Part shown: in pieces, positions 34,803-47,689 of the stretch
Position numbering within the stretch: the stretch's first letter is position 1
Layout of the letters: the number at the start of each line of letters is the position of its first letter
Origin: Lobosporangium transversale
Taxonomy: Eukaryota
Reading direction: 5' to 3'
DNA length: 64,000 bases
Assembly (NCBI RefSeq): GCF_002105155.1
Contig: NW_019029003.1
Location: forward strand, 62,001-126,000
The notes under the pieces: model-generated
Told to the model about the DNA's origin: nothing
Database searches by the model: none
The model's input: the letters and a program-made list of their open reading frames with translations, nothing else
Made by a program: the position numbers and the translations under genes

Positions 34803-36610
34803 ATGTCAACGCCGATCGGCGAACACAACCCTGGCGAATTGCCCGTACTAGACACCCACGCCAGCAATACATCATCGATACCCTCATACACACACCACTC
34901 AAGACCGCCATTGATCTCTCACAACTCTATGGCCATTTCTATTGCTTCTTCATCAACCCCTTCGTCTTGTACAATTGATGAAGCCATGGACTCACCCAAC
35001 GTCCCAAGGAAGGGGAAGAGCGATAAAATGGGCACGCATGATCCCTCAATAGCCTCAAATGTATCAATTTATCCTCGATCTCGACTCCATGCTTTCTTGG
35101 ATCGACACTCCTGGCTAATGGGCTGGAACCATGAAGATTGGTGGCCTTGCTGGATTGGACTCTTTCTTTTTGCTCTTGTCGCGATCGCTGTTCATAACAA
35201 GATCCCAGCAGCTCACTTTGCCCCCTGGACCTCCAATCCATTTGATTCTTTGAATGGCAAGGCCAATTTGGACCTTCTTGTTCTATTCCCTTTACAGGGC
35301 TTCTTGGTTTGGCTTGCACTGTGGGCAGTCCAGGTCAAAAACTGGAGCAAGTTTTACAAAGGGTTTGCAGTCATATACTCCCTCTCCTTTCTCAGCAAAT
35401 GGCTAGCTGCTCAGAGAAACATTAAGAGCGCCAGTTTGGGTGATTCAATATGGGCCATTTTATTTGGAACATTATTAAGAAACATTATGGCTGGGGCGCC
35501 TTTACCAGATGGACGATCCAAGTCGCTACCAGGTTGGCTCAAGATTGCTCAGCAGACAGAGCTCTACATCGCTATCTCACTTGTTCTTCTGTGGTAATGT
35601 CAAAATATATATTTGTGCTTAGCCCTTTGACAAATTTTTGGTGACCGTTAAAAAATGCATCACATCTGATTTAATGATCGCGCCATTTTTCGCCATTCAT
35701 TCTACATACCCACAATTTTTTTTTTTTTTTTTTTTTACTACTGAACAGCATTGATTTCTCTGTGCTTAAGCCACTGGCACCTAGAGCCATCTTTGTCTCA
35801 TGGATTGATACCCCTTCACTGTTTATCCTGGTTGCGCTTGTGGGCACGACATGGCTTCGCATTGACCTACAAACCTCCATGATCATGAGCGGTGCGACTT
35901 TTATTTGTGGCTCGTCTGCTGCCATTGCTCTTTCGGCCTCTCTCGGCGCCGGTAGCAAATCTGATCTACCCATCGCTATTATTTCTGTCTTCACCATTCC
36001 CTCTATTATTGCTTTACCTTATATTGCCAAAGCGGTTGGTATAAGTGCTAAAGTTGCTGGCGCCTGGTTCGGAGGTTGCGTTGATTCGACTGGCGCAGTT
36101 ATTGCTGCCGCAACCATCTATGGTGATTCTGGGAATGTCGCGGTTGAGACTTCCGCTGTCGTTAAAATGGTCCAGAACATGCTGATTGGGCCTATTTCCG
36201 TAGGCGTAGCTGCAGTATGGACTCAGCGAGAAGAACGACGCATGCGGGCGCTGCATAATTCATTGCAAGACGATGTCCTCCGATCCAAGTCTGACTTTAA
36301 GCCAGTTCCTTACCAGACCTTGCTTTGGAATCGGTTTCCCAAGTTTGTGCTGGGCTTTATAGTGACAGCGATCCTATTCAACACAATTGTACCGATGGAG
36401 GACAGGGCCGAGGTCAACTCTTTCTCATTCATGGTAGGCGAATGGTTCTCAACCATGAGCTTTGTCAGCATTGGATTAGGACTTCAATTCCATGAACTTC
36501 GACGTGAAGCCAGACTGTTACTCAAACTGACGACGCTGTACGCTCTGGCGCAGCTCGTTGACATTTTGAGCACATTTGGTCTGGCCTATATAGCTTTTGA
36601 GATGTTTTAG
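34803..36610 (+). CDS. YeiH/UPF0324 (putative sulfate exporter family) membrane protein, one intron (~35595-35748)
   Basis: EDWWPCWIGL, GATFICGSSAAIA, AGAWFGGCVDSTGAVIAAA, VVKMVQNMLIG, FPKFVLGFI; many TM segments. Confidence 0.82.
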
Positions 36611-36985
36611 AAAATAACATGTATCATATTAATGATCAGATGCTGTAATATACCTGCCGTCGATGTGGGAACGCTTGGATATTGGGTTTTGGTGGATATT
36701 GATGAGGATGATAGTCTTCCTGAACTATACGCGCCTTCACTGATCTCACTCTTTGCGCAGCCACAAGTGGCTCCTTCTGATTGCTCCACGTTGATCATGT
36801 CTGTGCTCTCGCGACTAAAACGGCGATGTGTTGTCCCTGCACGTCATTTTTTGCATCTTTCACTTTTTGAGTTTCATGTCTCATTATACCTCTCTCACCC
36901 ACACTTTTCTTTTTTTTCTTTCTATCCCTATTTTCGCTACTGTTCTTATAATCTCACTTGTTTTATTACAGCCCCAAAAATAAAA

Positions 36986-39542
36986 ATGAGCAGTTGGCTA
37001 AGAACTACATCCGCCATTGATGAACTCGTTGGTATGCTTCATGTGCTTCATTCTTTCAATGCATGTAAAGTCTTAGTCATGAAACATGGTCAACATAGGA
37101 CTCACATTCCTCGAGCTTAAACCTTCTCTTTGTTTTTATGACATTATAGACAAGGCAACCTCAGAGAACTTGCCTGCAGGAATAGAAGACTTCGCACAGA
37201 ATCTGGAGATATGCGATCAAATCAGGTCCAAGCAGGTCTCACCAAAAGACGCTGCAAAGGCACTCAAGCGCCGTATTAGCCATAAAAATCCTAATGTTCA
37301 ACTACTTGCCCTGGGTGTACGTTCTTATTCTACAGATTGCCCATTTTGATATTTATCACTAAGTTTGCACAGGATAAAACAGATGTCTTGGCGATCACTA
37401 ACACTGACTTTGACTTTTTTTTTTTGACTTTCATTATTGTATATATTAGCTGACAGATGCCTGTGTGAAGAATGGAGGTCGGCACTTTCTTGTCGAAGTC
37501 GCCTCTAGAGAATTCATTGACAATATGGTATCTATTCTCAAAACACCTGTAAGGCATTTCTTTTTCTTCCTTCTACTTTCGATTAGAATATGGCTTGAAT
37601 TTTGAGCTTCAGCTAACGTTTTTTCATTTTAGGCTGGTTGCAATCCTGAGGTGAAAACTAAGATCTTAGCATTGCTGCAGTCATGGGGACATCTTTTCAG
37701 AGGAAGTCCAAGCCTAGGATATGTCTGTGACACTTACATGGTTCTCCAACATGAAGGGTATAAATTTCCGCCTGCCGATAATGTCGGTGCAGCCCTTGTG
37801 GAAACCGCAGCAGTAAGGATGAACATTCTCTTGGAACGGATAGAGGATCAAGGAATTTTCTTGTGGTTAACACCGACTATTTCTTGCTGTTCGTTAATGT
37901 AGCCTCCAGATTGGACGGATTCGGATGTGTGCACACGCTGTAGAACAGCATTTACACTTACCAATAGGAAGCACCACTGTCGTAACTGTGGAGATACTTT
38001 CTGTGGACAATGCTCGAGCAATACTATGTCTCTACCAAACCTTGGAATCAATCAGGAAGTGCGTGTATGCGATGGATGCTGGATTAAGAGGAAAATGGGT
38101 GGTAAGGGCACACCTGTTTACGATATCAATAGCCTAGGTGGGCCTGCTGAGCTTGTTCCAGCTACCAGCAAACCGGCTCAAAGCAGTAGCTCGAAACCAT
38201 CTATGGTGCAGCCACCAAACCCTTTGAGTGAGGATGAGGATTTGAAGAGAGCAATTGAACTATCGCTGAAAGAGGTTAATACTCAACCAGGTTATAAACC
38301 CTCAACGCATAAAGAGCCAGAACCTACAAAAACGACAGATGTGGCGCATGGTAGCGACGTGGAAGATACAGATTTACTGGCTGCTATTGAAGCCTCGTTG
38401 CGAGAAACCAATTTGAGTGGAGCTTCTACTTCCACTTATACGAATGAGCGTCAATCAGCCTATGGGACATATACTTACACTATTGATACCGAGGTACATG
38501 AACTTTGTGTGCTTGTGGACTTTTTTTTTTATCATCTGCTCATCAATTAGTCATGACTGTTAAACCCTGAACCCTTATTCTTGACCCCCAGCGAGCTTCT
38601 GTGACTCCATCAAACACTCTAACCCAAACGGAGAAAGAGAATGTTGAGTTGTTTGCCTCACTTGTTGACCGAATCCAGATGATGAACGGCGATGTTTCAA
38701 GGGACCGAGAGGTCCAAGCACTATATGCGCAGATTTCAAAGCTTCAAGCTAAGGTCGATCAAAGTCTTGAGGAGGTCACCAAAAAACAACGTGAGTTATC
38801 CCGCGCTTGATTATTTGACGCAAATCACCTAATGAGTATAGTTGCTGACCCTGAAATCTCTGAATTTCATTTAGAGGAAGCAATCATGTTCAATCAGCAG
38901 ATTGACCAAGCTGTTAGGATATATGATCATTTGTTACAGGAGCGACTCAACAGTTCATACCAACAAAGGATGGGTACCAGTAATTACGGATATTCTGGCC
39001 TACAGCAGCAGCAACAGCAGCAGCAACAGGGGGATTTCGGCGCTACTTCATCTCTTCATGCACGCCAAGACATCCCAGTGTACCCGCACCTGAAGGGATC
39101 AGAACCTAGCTACAGTCAGCCCATGCCCAATGCACCATACGCACCATACTCTCCAAATGTACCGCCCGTACAACATAACTATCAGTACCACTCTCCTCAG
39201 ACTCCATCTACAGCACCGTTTGTAGCGATGCCTTTCGCATCTGCCCCACCGCCCACTCAGTCAATCGTTCTGCAAACACCTTATCAGCCACTACAAGACC
39301 CATACTATGCTTCCGCACCAGGTCCTTCCACTTCTTTTTCACCAATCACACAGCAAACACATCAGCTCCAACAGCAGGATTATCAAACGACAAGTGCGCA
39401 GCTGCCTACCGCAGTTGAGCCAGTCGGACATCCTTCATACACACCTTTTATTGGCCAACCTTTGCAGTCGTACGTGTCAACGGCACCTGCTGCACCTACA
39501 CCTGTAGTTCCTGTAGAAGAGAAGCCTCTAATAGAGTTGTAA
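36986..39542 (+). CDS. VPS27: ESCRT-0 subunit Vps27/Hrs (VHS-FYVE-UIM-UIM), multi-exon
   Basis: [27 protein letters not shown] (VHS); [27 protein letters not shown] (FYVE); [13 protein letters not shown] and [10 protein letters not shown] (UIMs); C-terminal PLIEL. Confidence 0.95.
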
Positions 39543-40052
39543 AAATGGAAATTATGATTAAAAAAGCCACATTAACCATTGCAATTGCCACTAAAAAAAA
39601 CCATTAGCATTCCTTGTTGAACAACAGCTTTTGAAGAAGGGTTGCAGTCAACATTAGAACAAGACTGTTAATCATCCTTCACTATTCAATCACTTGTCTT
39701 TCGGCTGTTCTTTATTACTCTTCACTCATTATCCTGTCCAACTCCTCTATCACTAAAACACATTTGCGATTCACAGCGTTTATAGCTGTCACCCGTGATT
39801 TCTATGAGCTCAGACCGACTGATTGCGTCAGGTAAATGCACAAATAACCAACTTTCAGCAGTGGACGTGAGGTATTTCACATGGCGCATGGTTACATGCA
39901 ACATACTCTTTGAGGTATCACATTTCAACATACGGCAATAGCCTCTGTTAATAGAGGGAATGCTGCTTTGTAACAACACTTCTGGCTCAAAAGCGTGTAT
40001 GGTGTGTGTCTGTGTGTGTGTCGCCAGCTTTCTACATAATCTCAGCCAATGC

Positions 40053-43000
40053 ATGTCTACAGGTAGCTTATCTTTAGTTCCCTCCTCTAACAAACGCCGC
40101 CTTGTCTTCTCCTTGACTACGGGCAACGTTGGCGAATTGTGTAGAAGCAAGCCTGAGCAAGAAACGGAAATCGTCTAGCGTAGCCGCGCGTCCCTCTGAA
40201 TCAGCCACTGGTGAGGGGTCTTCGTCTCGCGCCTCTGCCTCTACTTTATCCCTCTCTTCCTCCTCTTCCTCTCCCAAACCCTCCTCCTCTTCAACCACAC
40301 TTCCCTACAAAGTTCTCCCTGCCAACCCTCTTGAACACTCTTTTGCGCGTGCACGCGAACTGGAAGACAACAAACGAAGACGTACCGCTTCCAATAATTC
40401 TTCTTCATCTACCGTGAATAGCAGACATATCGGGGACGAGAACAGCAATAGTAAAATGTCGATTGATCCTCAAAAAGCGTTTTTCCCCACTACGAACTCA
40501 GCTTCAAGTTCTACAGGAATTGGGCTAGGTCGTGCTGGTCCCAGAACAGGAGACACATTGAAAACAGTTTCACTTAATGGGATGAAAGGCAGTGCACCAG
40601 TCGTCCGTCGAACGGATGTGCAAGGAAGACAGCCTGTTAAAAAGCTGGTCATCAAGAATTTTACAGGTATTTCCTCATCTTCAATAAAAATCTTCGATAT
40701 ATTGCGTGCGAATATTTAACGGATGTTTTTATCATTGTTATTACTACTCAGTGACGCCGGAATTGCCCAAGGATTACGAACTAGAACGATGGAAGGTGCT
40801 CCAGCAGGCTATCCATGCCATTCAGGAATCCAAACCTGTGACTTCATCATTAGAAGAGCTCTACAGGACATGCGAGAATTTGTGTCATCAAAAGTATGGT
40901 GATACGCTTTATAAGAAACTGTCTGCCGAGGTCGAGACTCATATCCATAAGGTTGTAGAACGCCTGTTAAACAGTAACCTCGACCAGGATACAATCCTAG
41001 AGGCTGTTCATACCGCATGGGCAGACCACTGCCGGCAGTTAATCATGATCCGTAGCATCTTTCTTTATCTCGATCGTACATTTGTCTTGCAAACGCAAGG
41101 TGTATCCAGTATCTGGGATATGGGCCTAGATCTTTGGCGGCGATTAGTTATGAACCAGCAGGAGATCCGAACCAAGGTTTTAGCAGGAATCCTTCGTTTA
41201 ATCGATAAGGATCGTGGAGGCGATATCATTTCGCAACCCCTCATTTTATCGCTGCTGCGTATGCTCACGGACATCAACTTATATGCATCAGTCTTTGAGA
41301 CGCCGTTCTTGCAAAATTCCCGCCTGTACTATCACGTTGAGGGCGAAACTAATGTACACCGGTTCACAGTCCCAGAGTACCTCCGATATGCACAGCAGAG
41401 ATTAGTGGAGGAGACAAACCGTTTCGAGGGATATCTTGACAAGTCCACACGAGGTGGGTTGATTTCTGCTGTAGAAGGCGAATTGCTCGAAAGATGGACA
41501 GACATGCTATTGCAAAAGGGATTCGAGAGTGTTATGGTGGCCCATAGCTTACAGGACCTGAGGTTGTGGCATGATCTTTTGACGAGGGTGAATGGTCTGG
41601 AGAAATTGAGCATTCATTTTGGTAACTATGTCAAAGTAAGGATTCAAGAACATTGGATAAAGCAAGCTTATACTACGAATATTTTACTGTGCCTTGCGGA
41701 TGTGAGTATACTCCTGCTCACAAGTTTTCCATTGGAATTGATTGGAATGGTATTAGAAAACGGGCAAAGCTCTAGTAATAGATCCTTCACGAGACGACCA
41801 AATGGTCGAAGGCCTTTTAAAATTCAAGCAGGAAGTGGATGAGGTTGTTAGCAACTGCTTCCAGAACTCGGAGCTCTTCCTAAACGTTCTTAAGGAATGC
41901 TTTGAGTCTTTCATTAATACACGACAGAACAAGCCTGCAGAGTTAGTAGCCAAATACCTGGACCTTCGATTGCGCAGCGGAAATAAGGTAATTTTGTAGT
42001 TCACCCTATCAAACAATTCATTATTTTATTGTTCTCATACAAGACGATTTGAGATGATGGGAGTTGAGAAGCTGAAGGGCCTATATGAGCATATGTATAC
42101 CTACTAGGACTTAACGGACGAGGAATTGGAATCGACATTAGATAGAGTCTTGATTCTCTTCCGCTATATTCAAGGCAAAGATGTGTTCGAGGCCTTTTAT
42201 AAGCGTGATCTGGCTAAACGATTATTACTGAACAAGAGTGCCTCGTTTGATGCGGAGAAGAGCATGTTGAGCAAATTGAAAGCTGGTTCGTACAAGTTTT
42301 TTATTATTGTTGTTATCATTTGCAATTCATCAACAGGGCGAGCTGCTGAAAAATGTATTGTTTGTACCCAATCATTAATGTACGGATCGATTACTATAGA
42401 GTGCGGCGCTGGGTTTACGACAAAGCTGGAGGGCATGTTTAAAGACATGGATATTTCTAAAGATATTATGGTCAACTTTAGGGTGAGTCTTGCATGCTAA
42501 TGTTTTCCCGCGATTGCATCGCCGTATGGGTTGAGCATGGTACTGATAAAATGATGGCTGGATCTGTCCTCACTGTATGTTAGGCAAGCAAAATGTATAA
42601 CAAAATGGGAAATTTGGATCTCCATGTTAATGTCCTAACACAAGGCAACTGGCCTACTTATCCGCCAGCGGAGGCCAACATCCCTGACCAGGTGCGTTAT
42701 AACCGATATAGTTCAAAGAAACCAGCGTCGGTAAAGGAATATTATGAACTCACATTTTAAGACTAATTACCATTATAAATAGATTTCACAATGTCAGGAA
42801 GTGTTCAAAGAGTTTTATCTTTCCAAACACAAGGGAAGGCGGCTGATGTGGCAAAACTCACTTGGCCATAGTGTTGTCAAAGCTCATTTCCCATCGGTAG
42901 GCAGGACAACATACTGCAATTTTTCATGGCTCTTACCTGTTCAGTAACGGTGAAATAATAAGACAATCTCTTTTGTGGCCTATATGGCTGTATGTTTTCA

Positions 43001-43667
43001 TGGGAATAGGGCACCAAGGAATTGCAACTTAGTTTATTCCAGGCCATCATCTTACTATTGTTTAATGATGTTGATGAATCCCATCTGTCGTACAAAGAAA
43101 TCAAACAGCTCTCGAACATCGGTATGAGACATGAAGCTCAATTGTTTGGAAGCTATATGCCTTTCGAATTAATAAATGGCTGCTACTAACGCGTATTTGC
43201 TATTCGGTTTTGGCTGCATTATGAAAATAGATCCTAAAGAATTAGATCGAACACTTCAGTCTTTGGCGTGTGGAAAATATCGTGTCCTTGTGAAGCACCC
43301 CAAATCAAAGGATGTCTCTGAGACAGATGAGTTTTCGTTCAATAAGGACTTTACAGCATCGCTGACCAGGATCAAAATTAATGCGATTCAACTCAAAGAG
43401 ACACAAGAGGAGAATGCATCGACGAACGAGCGTATCTTCCAGGACCGACAGTTCCAAGTCGATGCAGCAATTGTTAGGATCATGAAGACACGAAAGCAGC
43501 TTTCCCATACACTGCTCATGAGTGAGCTATTCGAGCAATTGAAGTTTTCTATTAAGGTAATACAGATCAGATAATGGAAAAAATTCAAGACAAAATAGGC
43601 TGTTTGTGCTTTTTTTCCCGGAAAGATGCGTTAGAAAGCGTTTTCCAACATCACCTCAATTTTCTTT

Positions 43668-43699
<32 letters not shown>

Positions 43700-43798
43700 T
43701 AGCCTACGGATCTGAAAAAGCGTATTGAGAGTTTGATCGATCGCGATTACCTAGAACGCGACAAGAATGACCAGAGTCTGTATAAATACGTAGCTTAA
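40053..43798 (+). CDS. CUL4: Cullin-4, multi-exon
   Basis: [66 protein letters not shown], neddylation site [28 protein letters not shown]. Confidence 0.95.
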
Positions 43799-44000
43799 AG
43801 AGTTACCTACTTGCGCGTTTTGTTAGTGCTGTAAATATTTGTCCTTCTTTGGATGCTGATAAAAAAAAACCTCTTTTTGGTTATTTTTTTGGAATATGAA
43901 ATTTAAATAAACAAATAAAGAATGCTGTAATATTCTATTTCATACACTTTACAAGTTGTGTGCAAAGGAAGAAAACTTTGAAGTTTGGAGTTGCTTCACT

Positions 44001-45511
44001 TCATTTATTCGCAGAAATGGTTGGCAGCAACTTTGTTGCATTGGTCTCGTCACGGTTAGTTTTAAGGAATGGCATAAGGTCACTTCCACCTGTGCCCTGA
44101 ATTGCTGGCTCGTGACCTTCGTCTTTCTGCTGGTCCTGACTGGCCTTAATTCCTTCTGCCTTTTTCTCTTCCACGTTAGTATCGACTTTGACTCTGTAAT
44201 CCTCCCATCCCTCTGGTGGACCTCGTCTGGCTTGGGTCAGGATGTAGCGGGTGACGACTTGAATGTGAGTATCTCTGAAGAGCTTGATTTGATGTACACA
44301 GGCATCGTAGTTTTCGATCAATTCCTTGATCTGGACGCTATGCTCCGAGTCTTCAAGGAGAGCTTTCTTGGTGAGGACGTAATCTCTTAAGTTGGCGACT
44401 CTGCCCAAATGACTCAAGAAGGCGCGATGTGGGCCAGGCATGTAAGCTCTCATCTTAGCTAATAGGGTATTTGGGGCCTTTCCAGTATTAGCACCAGCAC
44501 TGTTGCCATTGCTGTCATAATGATCAATACCAAAGATAAGATCAAATGATGGAAAGAGGGAGGATTGGCCGGCGGTGGCGCCCATGTGATGCTTGGGGCC
44601 ACCACTCACACCCTTGTACTCGAGGCCGTTGGGTAGCCCAAGAGTCGCCATGTTTTCGGAACCAGCAAGGAATTTGCGAATCTTCCAGTAGAAAACTGCA
44701 GGATCACATTTCTCAAACATGCGCGCTAAAATGGAGCCAAAAGCTTAATGTTAGATATTCAAGTTGTTATTAGAAGGAGATTGGTAGGTCATTATTGATG
44801 TGTGTCCTACCCAGAATCTTGCCGACCTTGGAAAGCTGAAGGAGCGCGACTTTGAGATGGGCGGTGACCGTAGGTAGATCATCCTCACGTACGGCTTGCA
44901 TAGCGTCCAATAATGGCTGTAGAGCTGCACCACCCTCGACTTCGACAGACACAGAGACGATATCAAACCACGTCTCGTCTGCAGTACCAGTCATAGTCAC
45001 AATCGTATCAAGATTCCTGTCGAAAACAGGAGGGCAATGAGTACAATCAAACACAAGAAAAAGGACCTTGCGGCACCATAAACTCTAAAAAGGAGATTTT
45101 TTAATCTTACTCGATATCGTAGGGGCCTTGTGGATCCTTAAGCTTCCAATTCCAAAGATCATTACTGGCATATGTCAGTACTGGGGGAATATCAAGGATA
45201 TCAGAAATAGCTTGCCATGGAACAGCCAGAGGCTCTGGGATCGACTGTGCTTGTCACCAATGAAAAAAGGGGATGATCATTAAGTCAAAGTTTGGCGATG
45301 AATATAACAACAATTTAACAAATCATGTGTATACCTGAGCAATATCAAGACCACTTCCCCAAACGTACGAATGGGCGAGGATGCACAGTAGTGTATAAGC
45401 GCGCTGCTGCTCACGCTTTGTCTCAAGGCGAGTTACTTCCAACAAAGGCATCTAGTTGCCAAGAAAAGAAGTCATTGTTAGGACAAAATGTTGGAAGCAC
45501 ATCAATGACCT

Positions 45512-45547
<36 letters not shown>

Positions 45548-45827
45548 ATTCAGAGCAAAGCGGCTCATTCGATGTCTCGATAAGTTTCCGCTAGGCATCA
45601 TGATATTGGTAGGTTACCTGGTCAATGGCGGACCTAAGTAGCCGCGCATCAATTAAGATATTTAATTGGTCCATAATTTCCTCCCACGGCTGGTAATAAG
45701 GCTGGGTCAGTCTTGCCAATGGATACGGATAAGGAGCAAACCCTGTGAAGGATGACACATCATAGTTCTCGAGGATTGGGAATTCTTCAAGTTGTTGAGT
45801 GGGAGGAGTAGTGGTATCGGCAACCAT
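44001..45827 (-). CDS. BNA2: Indoleamine 2,3-dioxygenase, multi-exon
   Basis: YDVSSFTGF, TGTADETWF, GATAGQSSL, MRAYMPGPHRAFL, FRDTHIQVVTRYI (proximal His), GTGGSDLMPFLK. Confidence 0.92.
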
Positions 45828-47596
45828 GGTTCAGATGTCTCTAACAAAATTAAGAGCGAGTAGAAATTGGAGAGCAAAGACTAAAGTAGATGATAAAAAA
45901 TGAGGGATGATAATGAAGGAGAATTCCGACCTTTTATTCCGAAAATGAAATAAAAAAACACGTATTTACGCCACTCAACGCAAATGGCCGCAAGGTATAT
46001 GCGTGCATGCTTGACACACCAGTCAACCATGTTCAAAAGCGCCGGACTTTCACCAGACCACAGTCAAAAATTGACAAAACTGATTTAAAAAAAAAATGGA
46101 CCAATTAGTCATAACGACGCCGCAGGAAGGATGTCTGGAATTGATGATAAAAAGTATAAAAGGGTGTTTGGAGAGAGAAGTATCCCCATTGATCCAATGT
46201 TGTATTAGTGTTTTTTTTGTGGAACAAATGCTACAAATATGGTTTGATGCATGTACATAAAGTTATGTCAGTAGGAAAAAAAATAATAAGCTGGATACAG
46301 TTAAGATCGGATAATCGCCAACGTGATTAATGGCGCTCTTCTGACTACAAATAGGCTGGTCTAGGTTTCTTTGACATCATGGACCCTAGTAGGCAACGTA
46401 ATTTTCTTTTTCAGGGTCCATAGAAGACCAAAACTGAGGAGAAGTAATGTTTTTGCAACTGTCATTTACGGAGATGGAGTGGATGGTGGGCGAAATTGTT
46501 CGGTAAAAAAGCACGTGCTCCGACTTTTTCGGTCGTACAGAGACAAGAGCAGTCCGACTGACCGTCAAGATGCTTAGTGGCAACAGAACGAAAGTTTTCT
46601 TTCCCGATCACATTATGGTTACCATTGGGGCTATCATTGAGAAGCCATTGGATACATCCTGATTATTTCCGCTCACAGTTCTGCGTAAAGCATCCGTCTC
46701 ACGTCCATTGCGTAGAACTAGTACTACTTTACCACATAATGAAATAACACTCTGTGTAGTAAGTAAAGACCATCCAGATAGTTTGCTACAACTGGTGTTT
46801 TTGTCCATCCCATAAAAGAGCAATGGGCTTCATTAATTTGACAAAGGTTGCATGACTTGGGTTTTTTTCTTTTGGCGGAAACTTTTTATTTCCTTTGTTT
46901 TCAATTTTCAATTAGATATATCCTACTCAAACAATTCATGGTTCGGTTCTCATTTTCACACACTTTCCCGTTGACTGACACTCACTTGTTCTTTCTGCTT
47001 ACTCCTGAAAGGTCTCTCTTTCTTCCTGTCCCCTTCTGCCTATCCTAAGACCGAGCTTCTGTTCGCTGCCATTCAGAGTTGCGGTGCATGTAGCCCTTGT
47101 TCTAATTCGATCTTATTTCCTGTCCCTCTTACTCTTGTGCACTTAAACTTCTTCCACCTGCCGAATCTCTGACCTCAGCCCATTAAATTAGCTGGCAGAA
47201 CGCCAAAGGAGGAAGCAGTATGTACAAATGATCTACAGTCTCTCTTGAGATGAATAGCATTCATGTCCCCTAACATAGGACCTTTTTTTGTTTTTAGTAA
47301 AGTCGTTGGCATAACGCACACCCAGAAAAAAAACACCTTGTCGCATGCAGATTCATACGACACTCGTGGATCATTCATGAAAGCAAGTTAGCTTCGGTTG
47401 CTTCCAGTGTTCTGTCGCATTATTTCACTTACCTAACGCTGTTCATAGGGTAAATGAAGAAAGCAAAGCATGGAGAAAATGTTGATGAGGAACAGTTTGA
47501 CGCATGATTTTGAATTAACATTTTGTAGGGCCTTTGAACAGTTTACCTGGCGTAATCGCTGATCTAGGTCTTGACGACGCAAAGACTTGAGCCCCG

Positions 47597-47641
47597 GAGC
47601 AATTCTGGAGCGATTCTGGAGCGATTCTGGAGCAATTCTGG
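47597..47641 (+). repeat. 11-bp tandem repeat (GGAGC(A/G)ATTCT) x4 just upstream of the RAMA-PHD gene
   Basis: GGAGCAATTCTGGAGCGATTCTGGAGCGATTCTGGAGCAATTCTGG. Confidence 0.9.
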
Positions 47642-47689
47642 TGTACCCCAAGCAACGTAAAAAAGAAACCTACCTCAATCGACAAAACA

